Shown here: positions 23,920 to 33,678 of the stretch, piece by piece
Layout: each line of letters opens with the position of its first letter
Numbering within the stretch: the first letter of the stretch is position 1
Origin: Emiliania huxleyi CCMP1516
Taxonomy: Eukaryota
Assembly: GCF_000372725.1 (NCBI RefSeq)
Contig: NW_005201123.1
Span: 62,001-126,000 of the forward strand
Reading direction: 5' to 3'
Length of the DNA stretch: 64,000 bases
The notes under the pieces: generated by a model
The model's input: the letters and a program-made list of their open reading frames with translations, nothing else
Database searches by the model: none
Told to the model about the DNA's origin: nothing
Made by a program: the position numbers and the translations under genes

Positions 23920-24430
23920 CCACCACCCTTGGCAGCACAAAGCTGCGCCAGAGGTCCGCCAACCCCGGCGCCGCCCCCTCGCCCTCAAACCGCTCCTCGT
24001 CCCACGCGATCAGGTAGCCCAGCCGCATCACCTCGACCGCCCTTGCGAGCCGCCTCCGGGAAGAGCTCGTGCGACTGCGGTGACCACTCCGCCGCCTTGA
24101 GGATCAGCCTGCCCGCCTCCACCGCCTCGGCCGCTGGCTCCAGGTTGGCCGCCCTGAGGGAGGGCAGAGGCGTGGGGTGTCGAGAGAGAAGGGCAGAAGG
24201 CAAGCAGAGTGGGGAGGGAGGCAGCGGATTGGGGCGTCAAAAAGGAGTCAAGAAGAGGTGTGGGGGGGGGGGGGGGGCAAGCGCGCCTGAGCGCGAGCGC
24301 CTTGGCCTCGCCCGCCACGCGCACGCCGAAGCGGCCTGTCGAAGCGCTCGCGGAGACGACGACGCCGACCTTGCCGTTCATCGACGGCGCGACGGCCGCG
24401 AGACGAGAGAGTGGATCGCGACGGTGGAGC
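23920..24430 (-). pseudogene. Truncated gene fragment with a small SH3/KOW-like domain
   Basis: VAIHSLVSR / NGKVGVVVS...GRFGVRVAGEAKALALR-(intron)-AANL; frameshifted, 5' side abuts the 14-mer array. Confidence 0.4.
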
Positions 24431-24431
24431 T

Positions 24432-24576
24432 GACACGGGACACGTCACACGGGGCACGTCACACGGGGCACGTCACACGGGGCACGTCACACGGGGCACG
24501 TCACACGGGACACGTCACACGGGACACGTCACACGGGACACGTCACACGGGACACGTCACACGGGACACGTCACAC
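24432..24576. repeat. 14-bp minisatellite (CACGTCACACGGGR)n, ~10 copies
   Basis: Directly visible tandem array. Confidence 0.95.
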
Positions 24577-24784
24577 GCCACGACACCTCAGGCTCGAACT
24601 CGCAGCCACTCGAACTCGCAGCCACTCGTGAACGACGGTTGCCATTGTGCGATGGCTTCCCCCCACCCTCCCTTTACAATCAAAGAGGCAGTGATAAAGG
24701 TGCTTTGGATTCTGCGTGAGCCGGGGGTGGTGCGGGCTTCTTGTTGGCCCAACAAAATTCTTTCAGTCCGCATCTGTGTCGAGC

Positions 24785-26224
24785 ATGTGCGTTTTGGCAT
24801 GTAAAATTCTTTGCCGCTCGCGCCGCCTCGCCGCCGCCGCCACCGCCGCACTCTCGCCAATCAGGCCGACGCCCATCCGCCTCCTCGACCTCCCCACCGA
24901 CCTCCTCGTGCGCGCCCTCTCTCGCTGCGACCCCGTCGACATCGCTCGCGCCGCGGCCGTCTCGCTGCTCTTCCACGCCTCGCTCGCGGTGGAGGCCATC
25001 CGCTTGTGGGCGCACGAGCGCGGCTTCGAGCTGCCGGCGCAGCCAGAGGGCGAGAGCTGTGCCGTGCGGTGGCTGTGCTTCGCTGCGCTGCTGTGCGAGT
25101 CCAACCTTCCGGCGAGGGCAGCGGCAGGCGATTATCACAGCGTCTTCATCGACGGCGAGGGGCGGCTCTGTGTGTCGTGTCGTGTGACGTGGCCGAGGGC
25201 GTGTGTCGTGGGCGAGGGGCTGTTACTCGGCCACGGCGAGGGCGTGATGCGGCTCAACACGCCGACCCGCCTCCCCGCAACGCTGGGCAGCGAGCGCGCC
25301 GTGAGCGTATCTGCTGACAAGTGTCACAGCCTGGCCCTTACCGCCGACGGCTCTGTCTGGAGCTGGGGCGATGGAGGTGGGGGCAAGCTGGGCCACGGTG
25401 ACGAGCAGGACCAGCTGCTGCCCAAGAAGATCGAGGCCTTTGCCGGCCAGCGCGTCGTCGTCGTGTCGGCTGGTGCGCACAGCCTCGCCATCACTGCCGA
25501 CGGCGCTCTCTGGAGCTGGGGCCGTGGAGAGTCTGGCCGGTTGGGCCACGGCGACCAGCAGCGCCAGCTGCTGCCCAAGAAGGTCGAGGCGTTGGCTGGG
25601 CGGCGCGTCGTCGCTGTCTCGGCGGGAGATGGCCACAGCATCGCCATCACCGCCGATGGCGCCGTCTGGAGCTGGGGCTATGGAGTACATGGCCTGCTAG
25701 GCCACGGCGACCAGCTGCTGCCCAAGAAGATCGAGGCCATTGCTGGCCAGCGCGTCGTCGCTGTGTCGGCTGGAGGGGCGCACAGCATCGCCATTACCGC
25801 TGATGGCGCCGTCTGGAGCTGGGGCTTTGGAGGCGGGGGCCAGTTAGGCCACGGCGAGCAACAGAGCCAGCTGCTGCCCAAGAAGATCGAGGCGTTGGCT
25901 GGGCGGCGCGTCATCGCTGTCTCGGCTGGAGATGGCCACAGCATCGCCCTCACCGCCGACGGCGCCGTCTGGAGCTGGGGCGATGGAGACTATGGCCGGT
26001 TGGGCCACGGCGACGAGGAGTTGCAGCCGTTGCCCAAGAAGGTCGAGGCCTTTGCTGGGCGGCGCGTCGTCGCTGTGTCCGCGGGATGCGCCCAAAGCAT
26101 CGCCCTCACCGCCGACGGCGGCGTCTGGAGCTGGGGCTGGGGAGGGGGCGGCCAGCTAGGCCACGGCGACCAGCAGCACCAGCTGCTGCCGATGAAGATC
26201 GAGGCGTGGGTGCCGGGGCAGTGA
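24785..26224 (+). CDS. F-box-like + 7 RCC1 repeats, intronless (copy 1)
   Basis: LLDLPTDLLVRALS...DIARAAAVSLLF F-box motif; repeats HSxAxTADGAVWSWGxGxxGxLGHGD...LLPKKIEA; first in-frame ATG at 24785. Confidence 0.85.
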   Translation: MCVLACKILCRSRRLAAAATAALSPIRPTPIRLLDLPTDLLVRALSRCDPVDIARAAAVSLLFHASLAVEAIRLWAHERGFELPAQPEGESCAVRWLCFAALLCESNLPARAAAGDYHSVFIDGEGRLCVSCRVTWPRACVVGEGLLLGHGEGVMRLNTPTRLPATLGSERAVSVSADKCHSLALTADGSVWSWGDGGGGKLGHGDEQDQLLPKKIEAFAGQRVVVVSAGAHSLAITADGALWSWGRGESGRLGHGDQQRQLLPKKVEALAGRRVVAVSAGDGHSIAITADGAVWSWGYGVHGLLGHGDQLLPKKIEAIAGQRVVAVSAGGAHSIAITADGAVWSWGFGGGGQLGHGEQQSQLLPKKIEALAGRRVIAVSAGDGHSIALTADGAVWSWGDGDYGRLGHGDEELQPLPKKVEAFAGRRVVAVSAGCAQSIALTADGGVWSWGWGGGGQLGHGDQQHQLLPMKIEAWVPGQ

Positions 26225-26525
26225 TGAGAAGGGCAAAAGAGTGGAAGGCTCTGTGTGTACGTTTCGCCTGCCTTTCCGCCTTCGAACGTATCGGGTGCCA
26301 GTCCGCGGCTCCGCGCCTGTGTGCTGTGACGAGCCTGCGGTGTGAGACAGAGAGATGTTTTCGTTAAATTCTTCTTCTCGAGCCTCGTAAATTTCTTTCT
26401 CCAGCTGGTGTACCTGTGTTAGTGCCAGTGCGCGCCAGTCCCGTGCCTGCGTCGTGAGTGGACAAATTTGCAGTGTGCGGTCGAAAGAATTCTTTTTCTA
26501 CGGCGACCGAGATGCACAGACGCTT

Positions 26526-27080
26526 CTCTCTGGTAGGACGGGAACGAGATGATAGTAGGGAGTAGAATTCTTAAGATACAAGCCTCTCTCACAGGGAGTA
26601 GAAGAAAGCAAAGAGGAGCCCTGCGCACGCACGACTCCGCAGGAGAAGCCCCTCCCCAGACAAAACACAAGGGAGAGGTGGGTGGGTCACAGAGAACTGT
26701 GGCCGCCAGCGACTGAGCCAGTCTCGCTGGCGGACGGAGGAGAACACAACGAAGGGCCGTCCGAAACACAATCACTAAGAAGGGACGTACGGACGTCCAT
26801 CACTGGGATGAGATCGGGAGATCTGGCTGCCTCGAATACCTCCCGATTCCACAGCCGCCCACAGGAGCGCCGCCTCAACACGGGGTCTCGGCTCTACCGA
26901 GCCATGCTAGCTCCAGCCGCAGCCCCACCCGGCCGCCCGAGGGTGTTCCCGCATGCAGAGAAGACCAATCCTGGGGGAAGTAACCTTCTCTGGTAGGACG
27001 GGAACGAGATGATAGTAGGGAGTAGAAGAAAGCAAAGAGGAGCCCTGCGCACGCACGACTCCGCAGGAGAAGCCCCTCCC
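26526..27080. mobile_element. Small element with ~95-bp direct terminal repeats and a hairpin-rich interior (also at 30211-30765)
   Basis: CTCTGGTAGGACGGGAACGAGATGATAG...GGAGAAGCCCCTCCC at 26526-26657 (with an internal ~36-nt insert) and 26985-27080. Confidence 0.5.
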
Positions 27081-27137
27081 GCCCGTGCTTGCGCAGCGCA
27101 GCCTCCTCCTCCCTACTCGCAAGCCGGGTAGCATGGT

Positions 27138-27345
27138 GGTGATTATATCGGGTTCCACCCTGCGGTGATTATATCGGGTTCCACCCTGCGGTGATTATAA
27201 CGGGTTCCACCCTGCGGTGATTATATTGGGTTCCACCCTGCGGTGATTATGACGGGTTCCACCCTGCGGTGATTATATCGGGTTCCACCCTGCGGTGATT
27301 GTATCGGGTTCCACCCTGCGTTGATTATGATGGGTTTCACCATCT
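27138..27345. repeat. 26-bp minisatellite GGTGATTATATCGGGTTCCACCCTGC, 7 full plus 1 degenerate copy (also at 30823-31030)
   Basis: Directly visible tandem array. Confidence 0.95.
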
Positions 27346-27829
27346 GGAGCGCGCCTTATGCGGTCAGTTGTCGCGAAGGCAGCGGCCGCAGTTGGTCGAG
27401 CGGGACGCGCGCGTCCTCGTATGGTCGGCCATCGCGCGTCGTGGCAATCGTGAACCGTACGATTGCGGTGTGTTTGGAGCATCGCAACACGGTCGCCGCC
27501 CAACCAGCTCCGCCAAACTCTTTGCACGCGTACTGTGGCCAGAGGACGCTTGCGACGAGGACCGGTCGCCCTGTGGCGTTTTCGGCGGTGATCGTGGCAT
27601 ACTCCGCAGCAAGTTGGTGACGGCCGCCGTCCGGCAGTCGGCCATCAGCGGCTTCCGCAGCGGCTCCGTGTCATCGTCCGCGCGCCGGGCGTAGGGCATC
27701 GGCGGGATCGGGAGGGTGTAGTACGAGTCNNNNNNNNNNNNNNNNNNNNNNNNNNNNNNNNNNNNNNNNNNNNNNNNNNNNNNNNNNNNNNNNNNNNNNN
27801 NNNNNNNNNNNNNNNNNNNNNNNNNNNNN

Positions 27830-28262
27830 GCAGGTAACAGGGGGCAGGGTAACAGGGGGCACGTCACACGGGGCACTTCACACGGGGCAGGTCACACGGG
27901 GCAGGTCACACGGGACACGTCACACGGGGCACGTCACACGGGGCAGGTCACACGGGGCACGTCACACGGGGCACGTCACACGGGGCACGTCACACGGGGC
28001 ACGTCACACGGGGCACGTCACACGGGGCACGTCACACGGGGCACGTCACACGGGGCACGTCACACGGGGCACGTCACACGGGGCACGTCACACGGGGCAC
28101 GTCACACGGGGCACGTCACACGGGGCACGTCACACGGGGCACGTCACACGGGGCACGTCACACGGGGCACGTCACACGGGGCACGTCACACGGGGCACGT
28201 CACACGGGGCACGTCACACGGGGCACGTCACACGGGGCACGTCACACGGGACACGTCACACG
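27830..28262. repeat. 14-bp minisatellite (CACGTCACACGGGG)n, ~30 copies, at a contig start
   Basis: Directly visible tandem array after the N-gap. Confidence 0.95.
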
Positions 28263-28469
28263 CCACGACACCTCAGGCTCGAACTCGCAGCCACTCGAAC
28301 TCGCAGCCACTCGTGAACGACGGTTGCCATTGTGCGATGGCTTCCCCCCACCCTCCCTTTACAATCAAAGAGGCAGTGATAAAGGTGCTTTGGATTCTGC
28401 GTGAGCCGGGGGTGGTGCGGGCTTCTTGTTGGCCCAACAAAATTCTTTCAGTCCGCATCTGTGTCGAGC

Positions 28470-29909
28470 ATGTGCGTTTTGGCATGTAAAATTCTTTGCC
28501 GCTCGCGCCGCCTCGCCGCCGCCGCCACCGCCGCACTCTCGCCAATCAGGCCGACGCCCATCCGCCTCCTCGACCTCCCCACCGACCTCCTCGTGCGCGC
28601 CCTCTCTCGCTGCGACCCCGTCGACATCGCTCGCGCCGCGGCCGTCTCGCTGCTCTTCCACGCCTCGCTCGCGGTGGAGGCCATCCGCTTGTGGGCGCAC
28701 GAGCGCGGCTTCGAGCTGCCGGCGCAGCCAGAGGGCGAGAGCTGTGCCGTGCGGTGGCTGTGCTTCGCTGCGCTGCTGTGCGAGTCCAACCTTCCGGCGA
28801 GGGCAGCGGCAGGCGATTATCACAGCGTCTTCATCGACGGCGAGGGGCGGCTCTGTGTGTCGTGTCGTGTGACGTGGCCGAGGGCGTGTGTCGTGGGCGA
28901 GGGGCTGTTACTCGGCCACGGCGAGGGCGTGATGCGGCTCAACACGCCGACCCGCCTCCCCGCAACGCTGGGCAGCGAGCGCGCCGTGAGCGTATCTGCT
29001 GACAAGTGTCACAGCCTGGCCCTTACCGCCGACGGCTCTGTCTGGAGCTGGGGCGATGGAGGTGGGGGCAAGCTGGGCCACGGTGACGAGCAGGACCAGC
29101 TGCTGCCCAAGAAGATCGAGGCCTTTGCCGGCCAGCGCGTCGTCGTCGTGTCGGCTGGTGCGCACAGCCTCGCCATCACTGCCGACGGCGCTCTCTGGAG
29201 CTGGGGCCGTGGAGAGTCTGGCCGGTTGGGCCACGGCGACCAGCAGCGCCAGCTGCTGCCCAAGAAGGTCGAGGCGTTGGCTGGGCGGCGCGTCGTCGCT
29301 GTCTCGGCGGGAGATGGCCACAGCATCGCCATCACCGCCGATGGCGCCGTCTGGAGCTGGGGCTATGGAGTACATGGCCTGCTAGGCCACGGCGACCAGC
29401 TGCTGCCCAAGAAGATCGAGGCCATTGCTGGCCAGCGCGTCGTCGCTGTGTCGGCTGGAGGGGCGCACAGCATCGCCATTACCGCTGATGGCGCCGTCTG
29501 GAGCTGGGGCTTTGGAGGCGGGGGCCAGTTAGGCCACGGCGAGCAACAGAGCCAGCTGCTGCCCAAGAAGATCGAGGCGTTGGCTGGGCGGCGCGTCATC
29601 GCTGTCTCGGCTGGAGATGGCCACAGCATCGCCCTCACCGCCGACGGCGCCGTCTGGAGCTGGGGCGATGGAGACTATGGCCGGTTGGGCCACGGCGACG
29701 AGGAGTTGCAGCCGTTGCCCAAGAAGGTCGAGGCCTTTGCTGGGCGGCGCGTCGTCGCTGTGTCCGCGGGATGCGCCCAAAGCATCGCCCTCACCGCCGA
29801 CGGCGGCGTCTGGAGCTGGGGCTGGGGAGGGGGCGGCCAGCTAGGCCACGGCGACCAGCAGCACCAGCTGCTGCCGATGAAGATCGAGGCGTGGGTGCCG
29901 GGGCAGTGA
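28470..29909 (+). CDS. F-box-like + 7 RCC1 repeats (copy 2, identical to copy 1)
   Basis: Same translation as 24785-26224. Confidence 0.8.
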   Translation: MCVLACKILCRSRRLAAAATAALSPIRPTPIRLLDLPTDLLVRALSRCDPVDIARAAAVSLLFHASLAVEAIRLWAHERGFELPAQPEGESCAVRWLCFAALLCESNLPARAAAGDYHSVFIDGEGRLCVSCRVTWPRACVVGEGLLLGHGEGVMRLNTPTRLPATLGSERAVSVSADKCHSLALTADGSVWSWGDGGGGKLGHGDEQDQLLPKKIEAFAGQRVVVVSAGAHSLAITADGALWSWGRGESGRLGHGDQQRQLLPKKVEALAGRRVVAVSAGDGHSIAITADGAVWSWGYGVHGLLGHGDQLLPKKIEAIAGQRVVAVSAGGAHSIAITADGAVWSWGFGGGGQLGHGEQQSQLLPKKIEALAGRRVIAVSAGDGHSIALTADGAVWSWGDGDYGRLGHGDEELQPLPKKVEAFAGRRVVAVSAGCAQSIALTADGGVWSWGWGGGGQLGHGDQQHQLLPMKIEAWVPGQ

Positions 29910-31048
29910 TGAGAAGGGCAAAAGAGTGGAAGGCTCTGTGTGTACGTTTCGCCTGCCTTTCCGCCTTCGAACGTATCGGGTGCCAGTCCGCGGCTCCGCG
30001 CCTGTGTGCTGTGACGAGCCTGCGGTGTGAGACAGAGAGATGTTTTCGTTAAATTCTTCTTCTCGAGCCTCGTAAATTTCTTTCTCCAGCTGGTGTACCT
30101 GTGTTAGTGCCAGTGCGCGCCAGTCCCGTGCCTGCGTCGTGAGTGGACAAATTTGCAGTGTGCGGTCGAAAGAATTCTTTTTCTACGGCGACCGAGATGC
30201 ACAGACGCTTCTCTCTGGTAGGACGGGAACGAGATGATAGTAGGGAGTAGAATTCTTAAGATACAAGCCTCTCTCACAGGGAGTAGAAGAAAGCAAAGAG
30301 GAGCCCTGCGCACGCACGACTCCGCAGGAGAAGCCCCTCCCCAGACAAAACACAAGGGAGAGGTGGGTGGGTCACAGAGAACTGTGGCCGCCAGCGACTG
30401 AGCCAGTCTCGCTGGCGGACGGAGGAGAACACAACGAAGGGCCGTCCGAAACACAATCACTAAGAAGGGACGTACGGACGTCCATCACTGGGATGAGATC
30501 GGGAGATCTGGCTGCCTCGAATACCTCCCGATTCCACAGCCGCCCACAGGAGCGCCGCCTCAACACGGGGTCTCGGCTCTACCGAGCCATGCTAGCTCCA
30601 GCCGCAGCCCCACCCGGCCGCCCGAGGGTGTTCCCGCATGCAGAGAAGACCAATCCTGGGGGAAGTAACCTTCTCTGGTAGGACGGGAACGAGATGATAG
30701 TAGGGAGTAGAAGAAAGCAAAGAGGAGCCCTGCGCACGCACGACTCCGCAGGAGAAGCCCCTCCCGCCCGTGCTTGCGCAGCGCAGCCTCCTCCTCCCTA
30801 CTCGCAAGCCGGGTAGCATGGTGGTGATTATATCGGGTTCCACCCTGCGGTGATTATATCGGGTTCCACCCTGCGGTGATTATAACGGGTTCCACCCTGC
30901 GGTGATTATATTGGGTTCCACCCTGCGGTGATTATGACGGGTTCCACCCTGCGGTGATTATATCGGGTTCCACCCTGCGGTGATTGTATCGGGTTCCACC
31001 CTGCGTTGATTATGATGGGTTTCACCATCTGGAGCGCGCCTTATGCGG

Positions 31049-32031
31049 TCAGTTGTCGCGAAGGCAGCGGCCGCAGTTGGTCGAGCGGGACGCGCGCGTC
31101 CTCGTATGGTCGGCCATCGCGCGTCGTGGCAATCGTGAACCGTACGATTGCGGTGTGTTTGGAGCATCGCAACACGGTCGCCGCCCAACCAGCTCCGCCA
31201 AACTCTTTGCACGCGTACTGTGGCCAGAGGACGCTTGCGACGAGGACCGGTCGCCCTGTGGCGTTTTCGGCGGTGATCGTGGCATACTCCGCAGCAAGTT
31301 GGTGACGGCCGCCGTCCGGCAGTCGGCCATCAGCGGCTTCCGCAGCGGCTCCGTGTCATCGTCCGCGCGCCGGGCGTAGGGCATCGGCGGGATCGGGAGG
31401 GTGTAGTACGAGTCGGGGCCACTCGGGGGCTGCGCCCACTCGGCGCCTCCGCCGGGGGCCTCGCTCTCCTCCGCGGCGCCCCACACCTCGATCTCGGGGA
31501 CGAAGCTCACGGGGAACGCCACGGCCGGGGAGTCGGCGGCGTCGCCAAAGTCGCACATCTCGCGCCCTCCGACGCGGCCGGCATCCGCCATGATTTTGGC
31601 GAGCCTCTGCCGCTGCGACGGGGTCGCCGGAACGGAGTACTTGTCGAGCGCGGAGTCGCGATCGAAACCCTCGAGGACGTGCGCCGCGTCCGTTGGCGAG
31701 CCGTGGCCGCTGCAGACGCATTCTCGGAACCCCTCTCCGAGCCTTCTCGAAACCTTCTCTGATCCTTCTCTGAACCTTCTCAAAACCTTCTCTGAACCCT
31801 CTCAGAACCCTCTCGGAACCCTCTCGGAACCCTCTCGGAACCCCTCCGAACCCTCTCGGAGCCCTCTCAGAGCCCTCTCGCAGCCCTCTCCGAACCCTCT
31901 CGGAGCCCTCTCGGAGCCCTTCCCGCAGGCGCACAGCACCCGGCCGTGCTCGTGCACCACCCTGCCGCTGACTCGGCCACCAAGGCGCCCGGCGGAGGGA
32001 GCACGCCGCGCCTGGCTGCCTGTCCAGGACA
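31049..32031 (-). CDS. 3' part of a hypothetical protein; intron ~31719-31927 filled with 11-12-bp tandem repeats
   Basis: Protein-like exon (…VLEGFDRDSALDKYSVP…FVPEIEVWG…); 5' part lost in the gap. Confidence 0.4.
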
Positions 32032-32299
32032 NNNNNNNNNNNNNNNNNNNNNNNNNNNNNNNNNNNNNNNNNNNNNNNNNNNNNNNNNNNNNNNNNNNNN
32101 NNNNNNNNNNNNNNNNNNNNNNNNNNNNNNNCGGCAAAGAATTTTCCACGCCAAAGCGCACATGCCCGACACGGATGCGGAGTGAAAGAATTTTGGTGGG
32201 CTCACAAGAAGACCGCTCCTCACCGGGCTCATGCAGAATCCAAATCTCTTTTTTTCCGGGGGGGGGGGGGGCGCACATAGGGTAGCAGGCAGAGCCGCA

Positions 32300-33437
32300 C
32301 CTTCAGCGCCTGCAGCGTGTCGTGCGTCTTCATGCTCGTGATGTCGGCGAGCGCGCTGCTGTGGTCGACCAGGAGCTGCTCGTGCTCCGCGAGCTTCGCG
32401 AGCATCATGTCGCGCTCGGCGTCGGCCACCGTCTGCTCGTGCGCGCGCGCAACCTCGCGCGCCTCGTAGTCGGCCTGCTGCTTCTTGAGCTCGGCCAGCA
32501 GGGCCTTCTGCTCGGCGCCGCGCTTGATGGAATCCTCCAGCTGCGACTTCGTGCTGTCGAGCGCCTCCTTGATCGCGGCGGCCGCGTCCGCCGTGTGCTT
32601 TGTGGAGCGGGCAGAGGCTGTCAGCGCCTGCTCAAATGCAATATGGTGAGAGTGGGCACGGTGAGGCGGGCGGGGAGGGGGGGGGGGCACCATGTCACTT
32701 CCATTGACCTTCATGGAAAGCCTCTTCCTGCTCATGCCTATCCCCAACGAGATCCCTCCGCTCCTTTATTTTCTTAGCGCCGTCCTCGAGCGCGGCAACT
32801 CCCCCGTCTAGGCGCCGGAGCTGCTCCTCTGTGCGCTGCTGCAGCGCGGCGAGCCGCGCCACCGGGACTTTGATGTCGTCGCACGTCACAAAGTCCTTGG
32901 CTCCCGCCAGCGCCTCGCTGGCATCGCTGTAGAGCTTGTTCAGCGTCTGGGGAAGGGGGGTGGCGTATGATGGGGGTGCGTGGGTCTGGGAGAGGGCGCG
33001 GAGAGGCGGGGGGTCGGCGCTACCGCCGACACAAACTCCTTGAAGGCGCCGCTCTTCGCGCACGTCGCTTTTGTGCGTGCAAGCGTCGCGGCGTAGACGA
33101 TCTGGGCCTTGAAGGCGTCGCCGTCGGGGCCCTTGAGCTTGTCGAGGCCGCCCGGCACCCCGACCACCTGCATCAGGGAGCACGCGCGGGCAGCGCTGTG
33201 TTTGGATTCGCGGGGTGGATGAAGCCGGTGGCGCAATTGAGACGCCTCGTCGATCTTGCGCTTCAGGTCCTCGCTGCAGCCGTTCTCGTCGAGAATGATG
33301 TCGTCCTTCCCGAAAACCTCGGCGACCTTGAGGGCGAGCTTCGAGTGCGTGCTCAGCTTGCACGGGTTGATGTAGGCCGCGACACTTCGGTCCGGCCACA
33401 GGATGCGGATGCGCGACAGGCCGCTGGCTCGCGACAT
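32300..33437 (-). CDS. Coiled-coil hypothetical protein, multi-exon, divergent from F-box-RCC1 copy 3
   Basis: ATG 33437; exons MSRASGLSRIRILWP…, VVGVPGGLDK…, TLNKLYSDAS…, ALTASARS…KEALDSTKSQLEDS… with heptad character; 3' end uncertain. Confidence 0.55.
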
Positions 33438-33678
33438 GAGCGCGCTCGCCGGACCTGCGGCCGCGGGGGCGATAACGGCGAACCGAAAGCCCGAGGGGGC
33501 GGGCGCGCGGGCGGGGGCTGGCCGCTGGGAGCCGGCGGCGGAGGCGGCAAAACTCACCGATGCTCGGAGCGGACGCAGCGACAACCAGCCCCGCTTTCAG
33601 AAAAGAATGCCCCCCCGCGTGGTGATCGTGGGGCCAGGCCTCTGCGCCACAGGTTCTTTTCGATTTCTTTCCCTCGCG

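Larger units (their letters stand above)
24560..27729. repeat. ~3.2-kb segment repeated at 28245-31414 (offset 3685)
   Basis: Identical ORF translations at a constant offset of 3685; the first copy ends at the 100-N gap. Confidence 0.95.

Noticed and set aside
24785..26224. UVR8 photoreceptor or RCC1 orthologue
   Set aside because: Lacks the GWRHT Trp triad; has an N-terminal F-box and homogenised repeats
26700..26770. Hammerhead ribozyme (stem followed by GAAAC)
   Set aside because: No CUGANGA core before the stem on either strand
27138..27345. 26-bp repeat array as a CRISPR
   Set aside because: Units are contiguous with only ~5 variable nt, no unique spacers, no cas genes, eukaryotic context
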